A DNA stretch of 64,000 nt from Candidatus Micrarchaeota archaeon (GCA_043812915.1 JBDRLQ010000023.1:10810-74809); one strand, 5' to 3'. Shown: positions 29,001-38,121, counted from the stretch's first letter. Notes: generated from the sequence alone by a model not told the origin. Numbers and translations: made by a program.

Positions 29001-29898
29001 CCTCAATTGTAGTGAACCATCCGGCCTCCATTGCCAGGCCTGGCAGCACCTGCCTATACCACTTGCCATTTTTCCCATCCTGCTGCATGAACGCCGTTTT
29101 GGCTGAGTTGAGCCAGGCACCCCCTCCTGCAACCTCCTTGGCTGCCTTCGCTGCGCTAAGGCGGCTAAGATCCTTCTCTGTTTCCTCCATGCTGGGGAAT
29201 GCCTGCCTGAAGGCTTCCACAATTTCCTCTTTTGAGAAATTTCTTCGCATATCTTTCAGTGGCTTTGTTGCTTCCAGTTTTCTGGATTTGCGCACTTCTT
29301 CAGCGAATTTGCGGGCTTCATCCATATTATCGAACCAACTTGCCCTCATCACAAGCCCTGGCAGCACTTCATCATACCAGTTCCCATTTCTCCCATCCGC
29401 CTTGCTAAAGACTATGATTGCGGTATTGTAGAAGTCACGTGTTGGCTTATCATCCGAATTGACGAACGCAGCGCATGCAAGGGATTCCATTTTCCCCCTC
29501 GCATCCTCAAGGGACGGGAATCTCTTGCTGAATTCGCTCATCAGCTCATCATCATCCATTGCCCTCTTTGCCCTGGATACCCTCTCTATCCCCTTTTGCT
29601 TGCCGCAGGCCTTAACTTCCATTGAGAAAGCCTTCGCCTTTTCAATGTCATCGAAATATCCAAGGGAATGGAGCAGGCCCGGAAGGGCGTTTTCATACCA
29701 GTTCCCCCTCTTCTGCCCCGCCTCTGCATACAGGCTGAGAGCCAGATAGTACCAGTTCGGTTCGTTTCCTTTTGCCGCAGCAAGCGCCCTTTTTGTAGTT
29801 AGCTCGAACATGTTCGCTTTGGCGTGCTGTAGGCTAGGGAAAAATCGTGTGAATTCTGCCTTTAGGAGTTCCAGCCTCTCCTCTCTGCTCCTTGCCAT
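26065..29898 (-). CDS. Large protein with eight ~100-aa tandem repeats and a C-terminal methyltransferase-like domain
   Basis: Repeat consensus FxxxFPSL...W...WYxxxLPxL...GWF...EEAxxFxxEV. C-terminal SFLSGPGE, IDIDAEPDML and EARRVLKEG. Confidence 0.85.
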   Translation of the reverse strand: MARSREERLELLKAEFTRFFPSLQHAKANMFELTTKRALAAAKGNEPNWYYLALSLYAEAGQKRGNWYENALPGLLHSLGYFDDIEKAKAFSMEVKACGKQKGIERVSRAKRAMDDDELMSEFSKRFPSLEDARGKMESLACAAFVNSDDKPTRDFYNTAIIVFSKADGRNGNWYDEVLPGLVMRASWFDNMDEARKFAEEVRKSRKLEATKPLKDMRRNFSKEEIVEAFRQAFPSMEETEKDLSRLSAAKAAKEVAGGGAWLNSAKTAFMQQDGKNGKWYRQVLPGLAMEAGWFTTIEEAREFASEVREFSSKERNKKMGKEEIIQAFSQAFPSLEEARRDISALSRSAVRQLEDAKGRRWFHSAGSIFRKSKGKSIGSWYGMVLPNLALEAGWFGSFEEAREFSEEVRRASIKSRAEETAKKILKMGMDEIVEGFQNDFPSLKEAEKDLAALGRPAIVERLHKGHWYYSARTIFRREGEERADWYRDSLPQLILKAGWFSSEEEARAFVEKVEAAASVRRHEKHRRARGLMSKEQVVEAFMRCFPSLEAVRANPASIGPSQIHKKAKGGGKEAKRWKWFHPAVRIFGGESKKWYESVLPALAFRSGWFATMEEALEFGISLRDRDKMDEHDIYKAFSEEFPSKAAVVENPALLSPSRLAKKAKEKSGHWFFRTGAMFKEENGKPGKWYPTVLPHLMLGAGWFDTLEEARDFSNKVKEENYKQKMEGIWESKGNFTIEEAKKAFTDRFPSLEEARKEKWRLAQGALKKSGLSSWVNSSKRIFSGSNGASWYDDTLPKIMVAVGWFDDFESAREFAHEVRDEYAVRAGKKISRALSGRKLSEGWNKSGKKYAIVAERLSGAKKGTSFSGISDCLQLCETEVAGPNGEGMGQLHISPGNASSGLSTGELVRLSMSTDNWGGELAKKYSEGFAYIAPYLSTRLLMLHAIRLSIEGDIPALGIGASFLSGPGEVHGALEDLKAEIEYWDQKLPTVIDIDAEPDMLRESGNALRANAMLPDSPIKDGSLSFVECSSLYQFHSRKHPSLVKEILSEARRVLKEGSSLLLASTGKRFCGDFEEGLRKLGFDIVMDANSRIELDDAAQERIGSTMGQDVLDKAIGATRSAYYLIAVKSGRDPEDSDPEMFRFERLKAEVPKEAKGIAAISRKLDSRIEDSTDSAIKGAEVLEEMLDGLPAEAHISHARLIQSVISRFMLDPKIVKPDEKPERLEANAKRLVEELSVDVRDAGDKYFKVLRRAAQTHRNRLLGGGRERPRKTRKA

Positions 29899-30047
29899 AC
29901 CAGTAATAATATGCATAATTACATTTATATACGTTTCTTGCCACCTTTGGCTTTATGGCAACTTATCTCGCAGCCTTTCCTTAAAAAAAGTCGAATTGTC
30001 TAAAAATGGGGTATGAAAAAAGAAGCATCCAGGATTTCGTTTCCGAT

Positions 30048-30602
30048 TCAGGGATTTCTCCCGAATCCCTGGCCAACAAGCACCTTCTCTCTGAACTCAT
30101 CCACTATGCTCCCGACATAGAGCGAGAGCGAGCCAAAGAGCATTGTAAGGGCGGTTGTTACACCCAGGAAGAACCCGATTGCGAAGACGTCCATCTCGGG
30201 GTCCATCTGGCCCATCGCCAGGAAGGTGTAGAAAGAGAGCCCGAGGATTGCCGCGCAGTAGAGGGCGATTACCCGGTACCTCCCGATGATTATCTTAATT
30301 CCTGCCAGGCGGAGCAGGGTCTGGCCGAATGCCCCGATAATGGAATACAGGAATGAGAATATAGGGATTATCGCGAATATCTCATTTGCCCCAAGGCTAG
30401 TCCTGAATGAGAAGTTCCCTGATTCATCCCCGAATATTGAGAGGAATATCGAGAGGAAGGACTCGGAGAAGAAAGTGGAGACAAGCGCAACCGAGAGCAT
30501 GAATATGATGAAAAGAACTGCCGGGAAGGCGAACCAGTTCTCGATTATGGATAACCCGAAATCGATTACCCAAATGATTGGCATCTCTTCTTTCTTTTTC
30601 AT
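30048..30602 (-). CDS. Hypothetical membrane protein
   Basis: Several hydrophobic helices. Confidence 0.65.
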   Translation of the reverse strand: MKKKEEMPIIWVIDFGLSIIENWFAFPAVLFIIFMLSVALVSTFFSESFLSIFLSIFGDESGNFSFRTSLGANEIFAIIPIFSFLYSIIGAFGQTLLRLAGIKIIIGRYRVIALYCAAILGLSFYTFLAMGQMDPEMDVFAIGFFLGVTTALTMLFGSLSLYVGSIVDEFREKVLVGQGFGRNP

Positions 30603-30656
30603 ATAAGGAGAATAGAATCACTAGATTAAAAAATACTCTCGGGGCTCTTGCCCTTC

Positions 30657-31571
30657 CTAAGACGCCTTGCCAACTGCAGGGTTGATACTAACAAGCTGCG
30701 CAAGCAGCGCTTCCCTGCCATACTCGTACTTCAGGCTGATTATGACATTGTCCCCGTCCCTTACCTTGAACGGCGTCGCGTAGAAATGCTCATCAGTAAC
30801 TTCGAACGGAACCCCGTTGCAGAGCATCCGGTATTCGCCGGTAGTCTGCCCTCCCGGGTAATGCAGTTCTGTTTTGAGGAGGAGCGAGCCAGAGGTAATT
30901 TCTCCAGGCACATCTGCTCTTGCCCTGAAGCTTATGATGGCATCCACCCCGTCCCGGTCAATGGTCCTCATGTCGACTACATCGAAGATTTCAGGATCTG
31001 ATATCGGCACTCCGGATGCGTTGCAGAGGGTAAGGGTGGAGACTGCCTTCTCCGGGATGAAAACCGTATCTTCCCCAACATGCGCGCGTATGAATCTCAT
31101 AGCCTTGACCATCGGCTCAGATAGCAGCCCTGTCCCAATCAGCTCTGCCAGAACGAAATCCACTTTTTTTGGGATATAATAGCTCATCAGCCAGTCGAAT
31201 ATGTTGCTCTCGATGATTTCCAGCCGGTCATTGAACCCGAGCCTCGCAGCGCTACGGACAAGAACCCTGCAGAGCTCTTCTGATTGCTCTATTGCGACAA
31301 CCTTTCCCCCTCCCGCATTCAGGAACGCGAAGGAAAGCGGCCCGCAGCCTGCCCCGAGGTCGATTGCAGTTGCGCCTTCTTCAGTTGCATTCTCAACAAT
31401 TTCCATCAGGTCAAGCGTCCTGTGCTCGTCTTTGAGGCACTGGCCCCCAAGCGTATTCCTGGTTTCATTGACCTTTGCCATCTCTTCGAGCATGACAGCG
31501 CGCATCTTTTCCCTGGAGTGGCGCTTTGGCCTGCCGCTTTTGGAAATCCTTCTGGCCGCTAGATTCTTCAT
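30657..31571 (-). CDS. Class I SAM methyltransferase, protein-arginine-methyltransferase-like
   Basis: LKDEHRT, IDLGAGCG, VVAIE and double-E loop VDFVLAELIGTGLLSE. Confidence 0.75.
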   Translation of the reverse strand: MKNLAARRISKSGRPKRHSREKMRAVMLEEMAKVNETRNTLGGQCLKDEHRTLDLMEIVENATEEGATAIDLGAGCGPLSFAFLNAGGGKVVAIEQSEELCRVLVRSAARLGFNDRLEIIESNIFDWLMSYYIPKKVDFVLAELIGTGLLSEPMVKAMRFIRAHVGEDTVFIPEKAVSTLTLCNASGVPISDPEIFDVVDMRTIDRDGVDAIISFRARADVPGEITSGSLLLKTELHYPGGQTTGEYRMLCNGVPFEVTDEHFYATPFKVRDGDNVIISLKYEYGREALLAQLVSINPAVGKAS

Positions 31572-31619
31572 TGAATATTATATGGTAATTAATGTATATA
31601 AATGTTTGTAGAAGAAGGG

Positions 31620-32924
31620 CTACCTTCTTGAGAATCCGACAGAAGTAATCTCCCTTCCAGTTGTTCCGACTGAAACATCCCATGAAGCACCTTCTGCCTC
31701 AACGATGTCCCCGTCCCTGAACCTGTGGAGCACCTGGTGCTGCTCAACCCACACGCCAAGATCAAGCTCATTTAGGACCATCGGAAGGACATACATCACG
31801 TATTCATTGCCTTCCTCATCCCACGTGAATCCGTGCAAGTTGTTGAATGCCTCCATGCGAAATCCATTAACTGATACTGTGGTCTGGATTGAGTTGGAAT
31901 CAGGGTCGATGAATACTTCCTCCATCTCTACCGGAGTTGGGGACTCGAATACCCTGTTCCTCTCATGCAGGGCCTCCCCGCCGCAGAACTCGCCTTCCAT
32001 GCACCTTGTCAGCTGGATTTCCGCGTCTTCCGGGTCCTCGCTTGTAACATGCACTGCCCAGGTGGCATCATCCATGAATGGCCTCAGGTCGATATACGGA
32101 AGAACCCCTAATTCACTCCTGTAGAAAAGATCGTGCATGCCAAGTTCATCTCCCTGGACCAGGAAAATCCCTTCTGCGAATTCAATTTCCATGCCTATCA
32201 TGGTCTCATAAAGGATGAATTCAGGATCATCTTCGTAGACCACCCTCTCCAGGGTAGTGGTTTTTGTATAGGCAAAATCATTGCTGTCATATATCCTGAT
32301 TTCAGCACAGGGGACATATCCTTCTGAATCAAGGGCATATCCTGCAGATACCCTGATATTGCCGGTCAGTTCAATTGAATCAGGCGGGGATAAGATGCTC
32401 CCTAGTGATGACGTGAGTGTCTCTCTTGCCCGGAACCCTTCTGGCCCCCTGACATCCACATCGACAAGGTTGCCTGTCCACAGGCCAACTGCGTCTGGGC
32501 CAACTTCAACGTTTTCAACTTCTATTTCGAATCCCATGTATTCAAGTTCAGTAGTTCTACAGCCTTCCCCGCGATATTCCCTTTCCATCGCGAATGAGAT
32601 TTCCTCTGTTTCAGTCTCGGTCAACGTAATTGTCCTTCTTACATCCGAATCAGGCTCTGCATCAAACGGAGCATCAGCATCATGATTGTCAATATCAGAA
32701 TCAGGGCCAGAATCAGGCCTTGCATCAGGGGCAGCATCAGGGCCGGATGCGTCTGTTGGAGGGTTCGGCCTCACATCGAGGGCCGTCTTTGCGCCGCAGC
32801 TTGTTATGAGCGGAGCTACAAGTAGCGCAGTAGTGACAACTGCTCTCTTGAACCAGTTGCTTTTCTTCTGCTTCTCTCCTTTCTTGCTTCCGACTTCCCC
32901 GCTCTTTAGCTGCCTCTCGACCAT
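31620..32924 (-). CDS. Putative acidic surface lipoprotein with a Pro/Asp-rich linker
   Basis: Basic N-terminus, hydrophobic stretch and ITSCG, then PDAAPDARPDSGPDSD. Confidence 0.7.
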   Translation of the reverse strand: MVERQLKSGEVGSKKGEKQKKSNWFKRAVVTTALLVAPLITSCGAKTALDVRPNPPTDASGPDAAPDARPDSGPDSDIDNHDADAPFDAEPDSDVRRTITLTETETEEISFAMEREYRGEGCRTTELEYMGFEIEVENVEVGPDAVGLWTGNLVDVDVRGPEGFRARETLTSSLGSILSPPDSIELTGNIRVSAGYALDSEGYVPCAEIRIYDSNDFAYTKTTTLERVVYEDDPEFILYETMIGMEIEFAEGIFLVQGDELGMHDLFYRSELGVLPYIDLRPFMDDATWAVHVTSEDPEDAEIQLTRCMEGEFCGGEALHERNRVFESPTPVEMEEVFIDPDSNSIQTTVSVNGFRMEAFNNLHGFTWDEEGNEYVMYVLPMVLNELDLGVWVEQHQVLHRFRDGDIVEAEGASWDVSVGTTGREITSVGFSRR

Positions 32925-33055
32925 ACTGGATATATATGTGTAATTAGGTTAATAAACGTGATGATTGACGTGAAATAACCTGAAATCACGCCAATGCTAG
33001 GGAAAAATTAAAAGGAAAGGAAAATACTTCGATAATTATTAGCCAAAATATAGAC

Positions 33056-34498
33056 CTAGTAGTTCTCCTTCGGCTTCTCCCCTCTTAGCACCCTCAACAC
33101 ATTCCTCTTGATTAGCGCCGTAACTGGAAGCGCCCCGACAACTTCGATAATCCTTGATTCGTTCTTGAGCAGCTTGACCAATGCTTCATCATCCATTCTT
33201 TTCATGTTCTCGACCTGCGCGTCCCACACAGGGTCATTGTAGTTCTGCCCCCAGAAGACCAGGGCCCGCGCGATATGGAATGTCAGGTCATGCACCCTGG
33301 CCTCCGCCCTCCTCCTGTCATAATTCTCCTTGAGGGCGGCATCATCACTGGATTCCTCGATAGCAACAGCAGCTGCCAGTCCGGATTCAATTCCTCTCCG
33401 AACCCCTTCTGCGGATAATGGGGTTGCATCCAGGCCGGCGTCCCCTATCCTGATTATGCCATTCTCGCACTGGGCAAGCATCCGCGGATATGGAATCAGC
33501 CCGAGCAGGCTCTCCCTAAGGTATCCTGACTGGGGGATGGTGTTGAATGTCTCCTCCACAATCTGAGCCCCCCCGAAGTGTCCTTCCATCTGCGGGTCGT
33601 TGGCAATCTCCTTCCACATGCGTTTCCTGTGGATATCCAGTATCATGTTTCCGGTAATCCCCGGCGCCTGCAGAAGCCCCGGGCCCCCAAAATCATCCAT
33701 GGTAAAGACCACGTGATGGAAATCCACAGGATAGAAGCAGGCGCAGGAGGTGTTGGTCGGATCCTCCGTATCCCTGTTCGGGTCGGTATCCAGCCTGAAG
33801 ACCCCTCTCTTGAGGAACCAGTCAGGGAAAGGTGTTTCCACCTTCAGCAGGAACTCCGAGCAGTTGTGCCACTCTATCGGGACGAAATTCGGGGAAGTCA
33901 GCATCTTAGCCCCACTGGCGTCTATGAGGACATCATACCTGAATGCGCCATTGTCCGTGAATACCTGCTTGTTCTTTGCATCTATACCTTCCACTGTGGT
34001 TCCGAATACGAAGTGGTCCAGCATGCCGACGCTCAGTATTGCATGGACAGTCACAGGGTCCATGTTGTCCAGGGCGCACCGCCATCTCGCCTCTCCATTC
34101 TGGGAGACGAAGGCGAATGTGTCCAGCTGGTTGCGCACCATAGCCGTTTCTGCCCATTCCCTTATCTGGTTGTCAGAGAGGCAGTGGAACGCGCCCATTA
34201 TCTTTCTTCTCCTCTCACTGCCCTCGAAGGTGTGCTCGAAGTGCGGGTATTTTTCCTTGTCCCCGAATCCGAAGGCGTCTTTTTTCAGGGCTTCCCTCAG
34301 GGGCTGCATAAGGTCGAATTTGTCGATTAGCGCCCTATGCCACTTCCTCCATGTGCAGTATTTGGAGTTCGGGTGGGTCAGGTCCTTGTTCCTCTCCACC
34401 ACTTTCAGCCGGACTTTCCCGTCCTGGACAGCTTTCCTCAATGCGGCGGTAATCCCTGATCCGGCAGAGCCGCCTCCGATGACTACAACTCGTTTCAT
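33056..34498 (-). CDS. FAD-dependent oxidoreductase (geranylgeranyl reductase / lycopene cyclase-like)
   Basis: VVVIGGGSAG, IDASG and IGDAGLDATPLSAEG. Confidence 0.8.
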   Translation of the reverse strand: MKRVVVIGGGSAGSGITAALRKAVQDGKVRLKVVERNKDLTHPNSKYCTWRKWHRALIDKFDLMQPLREALKKDAFGFGDKEKYPHFEHTFEGSERRRKIMGAFHCLSDNQIREWAETAMVRNQLDTFAFVSQNGEARWRCALDNMDPVTVHAILSVGMLDHFVFGTTVEGIDAKNKQVFTDNGAFRYDVLIDASGAKMLTSPNFVPIEWHNCSEFLLKVETPFPDWFLKRGVFRLDTDPNRDTEDPTNTSCACFYPVDFHHVVFTMDDFGGPGLLQAPGITGNMILDIHRKRMWKEIANDPQMEGHFGGAQIVEETFNTIPQSGYLRESLLGLIPYPRMLAQCENGIIRIGDAGLDATPLSAEGVRRGIESGLAAAVAIEESSDDAALKENYDRRRAEARVHDLTFHIARALVFWGQNYNDPVWDAQVENMKRMDDEALVKLLKNESRIIEVVGALPVTALIKRNVLRVLRGEKPKENY

Positions 34499-34620
34499 GG
34501 GAACAATCGTGCTGCGAGGATGTTTTAATGGTTTTCTAGACAACTGCTTGAAACTGAATACCCAATTTACCATCTATCCTTAACCTATTATACGTCTGAA
34601 ATAACCAGCCTCCCGCTAGC

Positions 34621-34628
34621 TTTATAAA
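34621..34628 (+). promoter_or_regulatory. Probable TATA box of the 23S rRNA transcript
   Basis: TTTATAAA preceding a hairpin-rich leader of about 270 nt. Confidence 0.5.
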
Positions 34629-36868
34629 CCCGCACCTCCATATTAATCGTCCTATCTATCCTGCTGAGGATTGATAGGGCCCCAATTTGTTTTGGATTCC
34701 CCTCGTGGGAAGACGCTAAAAAACATTTAGAGGCTTTGTTGGCACCCTGGTTCTCTGGGACTCTGGTTCTTCAGACCGGGTGCTGGTCTCTCCCCGTATT
34801 TCGGGGAAATTGATGCGTGTGAAATGATGACAAGAAGCTAAAAACTGGAAGTAATTCTTCAAGACGAAAGTCTTGATGAGTGAGAACCATCTTAGCAGAG
34901 GTTAATTTGCTGATACAAACCACATAGTGGATGGCTGGGCTGAGGCCCGCACGGCCACGCGGCAAGCGGCGAAACGCCCTGGGTAGACGCACGCAGTCTT
35001 TGATCCAGGGATCTGGCGGTGCACAGTAATGTGCAGTAACCCACCGAAATGAAGCATCTTAGTAGGTGGAGGAAGAGAAACCAATTGGGATCCGGATAGT
35101 AACAGCGAGTGAAATTCGGAGAGATCAAGCTGAATTCCATTGCGGTAACGCAGTGGTAGATGTGGCGGGGAGTATCCTTTCTGTGAGCAGAAGTCGGCTG
35201 GAATGCCGTACCATAGCGAGTAATAGTCTCGTATGCGAAGCAGTGGAGGAGTGATCCAATGAAGAGTAGCGTACCCCGGTTAGGGTGCGTGAATATGGGT
35301 GCATCAACATCCAAATCTAAACATGAGGCCTTAGACCGATAGCGAAATAGTAGCGCGAGCGAATGCTGAAAAGCACCGGGGGACCGGTGTGAAAAGAACC
35401 TGAAATTATGTGGTGACATTATGGTATGGCACGAAAGGGATTAGGACAATGGAAGCGACTGTTGGTAACGGCAGGAGCGACATTGTTTAACCGGTGTCAT
35501 ATCTTCCTTCTCGAAGCAAGAACCAAGGAGTTAATGGATGTGGCAAGACGAAAGTCGAAGCGAAAGCAAGCGCCCGCAGCAGGCTTGTCCTGTCAGGGGC
35601 ATCGTGGTAACTCGCGATCAGTCACATTCATCAGACCCGAAGCCATAGTGATCTACGCCTGAACAGGGCGAAGTCAACCTGACGGTTGATGGAGGCCCGC
35701 AACTAGTGGTGGTATATTCCCCTTAGGTGATTTGGGTGTAGGGGTGATAGTCCTGTCGAACATGGCGATAGCGGGTTCCCTTCGAAATGTGTCTTAGCAC
35801 AGCGTCTCCTGAGAATTATATAGCGGTAGAGCACCGATTAGGCGGAGCGGCCCCGAGAGGGGTCACCATCTTCTCAAACTCCGAATGCTGTATATTCTAA
35901 GACGGAGGCAGTGGGGATTGCGGAGTAAGTCCGTAGTCCCTTACGGGAAAGACCGTACGCAAGGCTAAGGACCCTAAATGCTGGTTAAGTGTTAATCATC
36001 AAGGAGTCTCTACTCAAAGACAACCGGGAGGTAGGCTCAGAAGCAGCCACCCTCTAAACAACGCGTAATAGCGGACCGGTCGAGAGTGCAGATTCTTAAA
36101 ATTCACGGGGCTAAACCAGCTTCCGATACCTTGCCAGAGCCAAAAGCTCATGTGTAGGGGGGCGAACGGGTTGCGCCGAAGCGCGGTGGTAACATCGTGT
36201 GGAGCGGCCTGTTATGAACATCTTGGTGTTAGTAGCAGCATATCCGGATGAGAATTCCGGACACCTCATAGAGCAAGGATTCCTCAGCCACGTTCTTCAG
36301 CTGAGGGTTAGGCGATCCTAAGGGCCATGGTAAAACCTGAAGCCCGAAATCAGGGAATCCGGTTAATATTCCGGACCTATATGGGTAGGCGCGGTAACGC
36401 AAGCCTACTTCTTACGCCTTTGGATATGTGAAGCGGCTTCGGCCGTCTGATAGAAGTAACTCCGTGGAGTCTCATTGTGAGGAGAAGCGGATGAAATCTT
36501 TAGGGGAAACTTCATTGAGTCCGGGGGTCCATGAAAAGTGAAGTAGGAACGATCCCATATAATCGTACCCAGAACCAGTACAGGTGCTCTAGCTGAAAAG
36601 GCTAAGGTGTGACAGGATAACCCAAGCAAGGGAACTCGGCAAGTTAGCCCTGTACCTTTGGTAGAAGGGGTGCCTTCGCATGCGTAATGTGGAGGTCGCA
36701 GTGACAAGTGGAGTGCGACTGTTTACCAAAAACACAGGTCATCGCAGAGCGGAAACGCTGAGTATGATGGCTGACGTCTGCTCACTGCCAGTACCTGAAC
36801 ACCGGTTTCAACCGGGAGAAGGGCTGGTAAAGAGCGGGGGTAACTCTGACCCTCTTAAGGTAGCGTAA

Positions 36869-36996
36869 ACAAGGCCAAGAATCATGTTTACATGAGGATT
36901 GCCTTGAGTTTGCGGTAATTGTTGCCAAAAGCAAGTCGTTAAAGTAGTGAGGAAATCCTCGATCTATATCCTTAACCGGATATGGCCTTGACGTAA
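36869..36996 (+). other. 128-nt BHB-type intron in 23S rRNA (after about E. coli position 1938)
   Basis: Removal restores AAGGTAGCGTAA|TACCTCGCC. Central helix GCGT/ACGT, bulges AAA and AAT, intron stem CAAGGCCA/TGGCCTTG. Confidence 0.88.
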
Positions 36997-37523
36997 TACC
37001 TCGCCGCTTAATTGGCGGCTTGCATGAATGACGTAACGTCGCTCCAACTGTCCCTGCTTGGGACCTGGTGAACTCACTGCCCGGTGAAGATGCCGGGGAC
37101 TTCCAGAGGGAAACGAAGACTCCATGGAGCTTTACTATAGCCTGATGTTGTGATATTGAGTTGGCTACACAGTGTAAGTGGGAGCCGTTAAGCTGTGCCT
37201 TCCGGGGTACAGATAGGCAAAAGTGTAACACCACTTAGTTAGTTCGATATTGCTTACCCGCAAGGGGACAGCGTCAGGTGGATAGTTTGGCTGGGGCGGT
37301 ACGCCCTCGAAAAGGAAACAAGGGCGCCCAATGTTCTGCTCATGCCGGTCAGAAATCGGCAGTAGAGGGTTAAAGACAAATGCAGGGCTGACTGTATTTC
37401 TCATAGTATGGAATGCAGAGACGAAAGTCGGGCTTAACGAACCTTGAAATCCCTTTGATGAGGATTCAAGCTGTCAGACAAGCTACCCTGGAGGTAACAG
37501 GCTCGTCGCGGGCGAGAGTACAC

Positions 37524-37573
37524 TGCGATGTAGTCAAAACGTTTCTTTTGAACTAGGACTACTTCGCGTGCGT
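37524..37573 (+). other. 50-nt BHB-type intron in 23S rRNA (helix 89 loop, after about E. coli position 2477)
   Basis: Removal restores GAGAGTACAC|ATCGACC. Central helix GTAC/GTGC, bulges ACT and GTA, stem GCGATGTAGTC/GACTACTTCGC. Confidence 0.88.
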
Positions 37574-38121
37574 ATCGACCCCGCGGTTTGGTACATCGCT
37601 GTCGGCTTGGGATATCCTGGCCGTGTAGGAGCGGCCAAGGGTTGGGTTGTTCATCCATCAAAATCCCACATGAGCTGGGTTCAGTACGTCGCGAGACAGT
37701 ACGGTAGTATCTCCTGGAAGTGTTGTCTCTTGAAAGGAAGGATCCTTGAGTACGAGAGGAACGGGGATCCGGCGCCTCTAGTCTACCGGTTGTGAATTGC
37801 ATTGCCGGGCAGCCACGCGCCAACCGATAAGACCTGAAAGCATCTAAGGTCGAAGCGGCTCTTAAAACGAGGAGACATACCGCAGATAACAGATCTGTTT
37901 GATAGGACCATGGTGTAAGACGCTAGGTTCGCCGAGCGTTTCAGCCAGTGGTTACTAACGGTTTACTTCAAAGAATTCAACCTTTGCGGATGGTCCTTCT
38001 GGTTTTTGTTTCTTGTCATCATTTCTTCACTCATTCAATCATGAGGCCAACTAATTTTTTTTCTTCATTTACCTTAGCGCAAGCACTGGGTATTTATTTC
38101 GTTCGATGGAGATGTTAACTG

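Larger units (their letters stand above)
34917..37964 (+). rRNA. rrl: 23S rRNA (archaeal, divergent, unlinked, with two introns); ends approximate
   Basis: GTGGATGGCT near the 5' end, GACCGATAGCGAA, helix 69-70 GGTAACTCTGACCCTCTTAAGGTAGCG, P-loop CTGGGGCGG, GAGCTGGGTTCAG, sarcin-ricin loop AGTACGAGAGGAAC, and terminal pairing AAACC/GGTTT. Confidence 0.97.
34821..38025 (+). repeat. Long inverted repeats flanking the 23S gene (pre-rRNA processing stem)
   Basis: GAAATGATGACAAGAAGCTAAAAACTGGAAG (34821-34851) pairs with CTTCTGGTTTTTGTTTCTTGTCATCATTTC (37996-38025). ACCATCT-TA-GCAGAGGTT pairs with AACCTTTGC-GGATGGT. Confidence 0.85.

Noticed and set aside
26150..29749. Long plus-strand ORFs antisense to the repeat protein (for example 26837-27736, 28505-29431)
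   Set aside because: They are Ser/Leu-rich shadow frames caused by codon bias of the real minus-strand gene. The same applies to most other antisense ORFs in the track.
27440..29880. DNA-level tandem repeat or diversity-generating retroelement template in the repeat gene
   Set aside because: The units are similar at protein level but highly diverged in DNA. I saw no near-identical pair and no reverse transcriptase in the window.
34640..34900. Separate ncRNA (5S, SRP or RNase P) upstream of 23S
   Set aside because: There are hairpins but no diagnostic motifs, and part of the region pairs with the 23S trailer, consistent with a transcribed spacer.
36869..36996. Group I intron interpretation of the 128-nt insert
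   Set aside because: It is too short for a catalytic core, and no boundary register gives both an exon-terminal U and an intron-terminal G. BHB geometry explains the junction exactly.
34771..37823. ORFs called inside the rRNA region (for example 34892-35419, 36782-37234, 37434-37823)
   Set aside because: They overlap the 23S rRNA and have no protein motifs, so they are spurious. Neither intron is long enough to encode a homing endonuclease.
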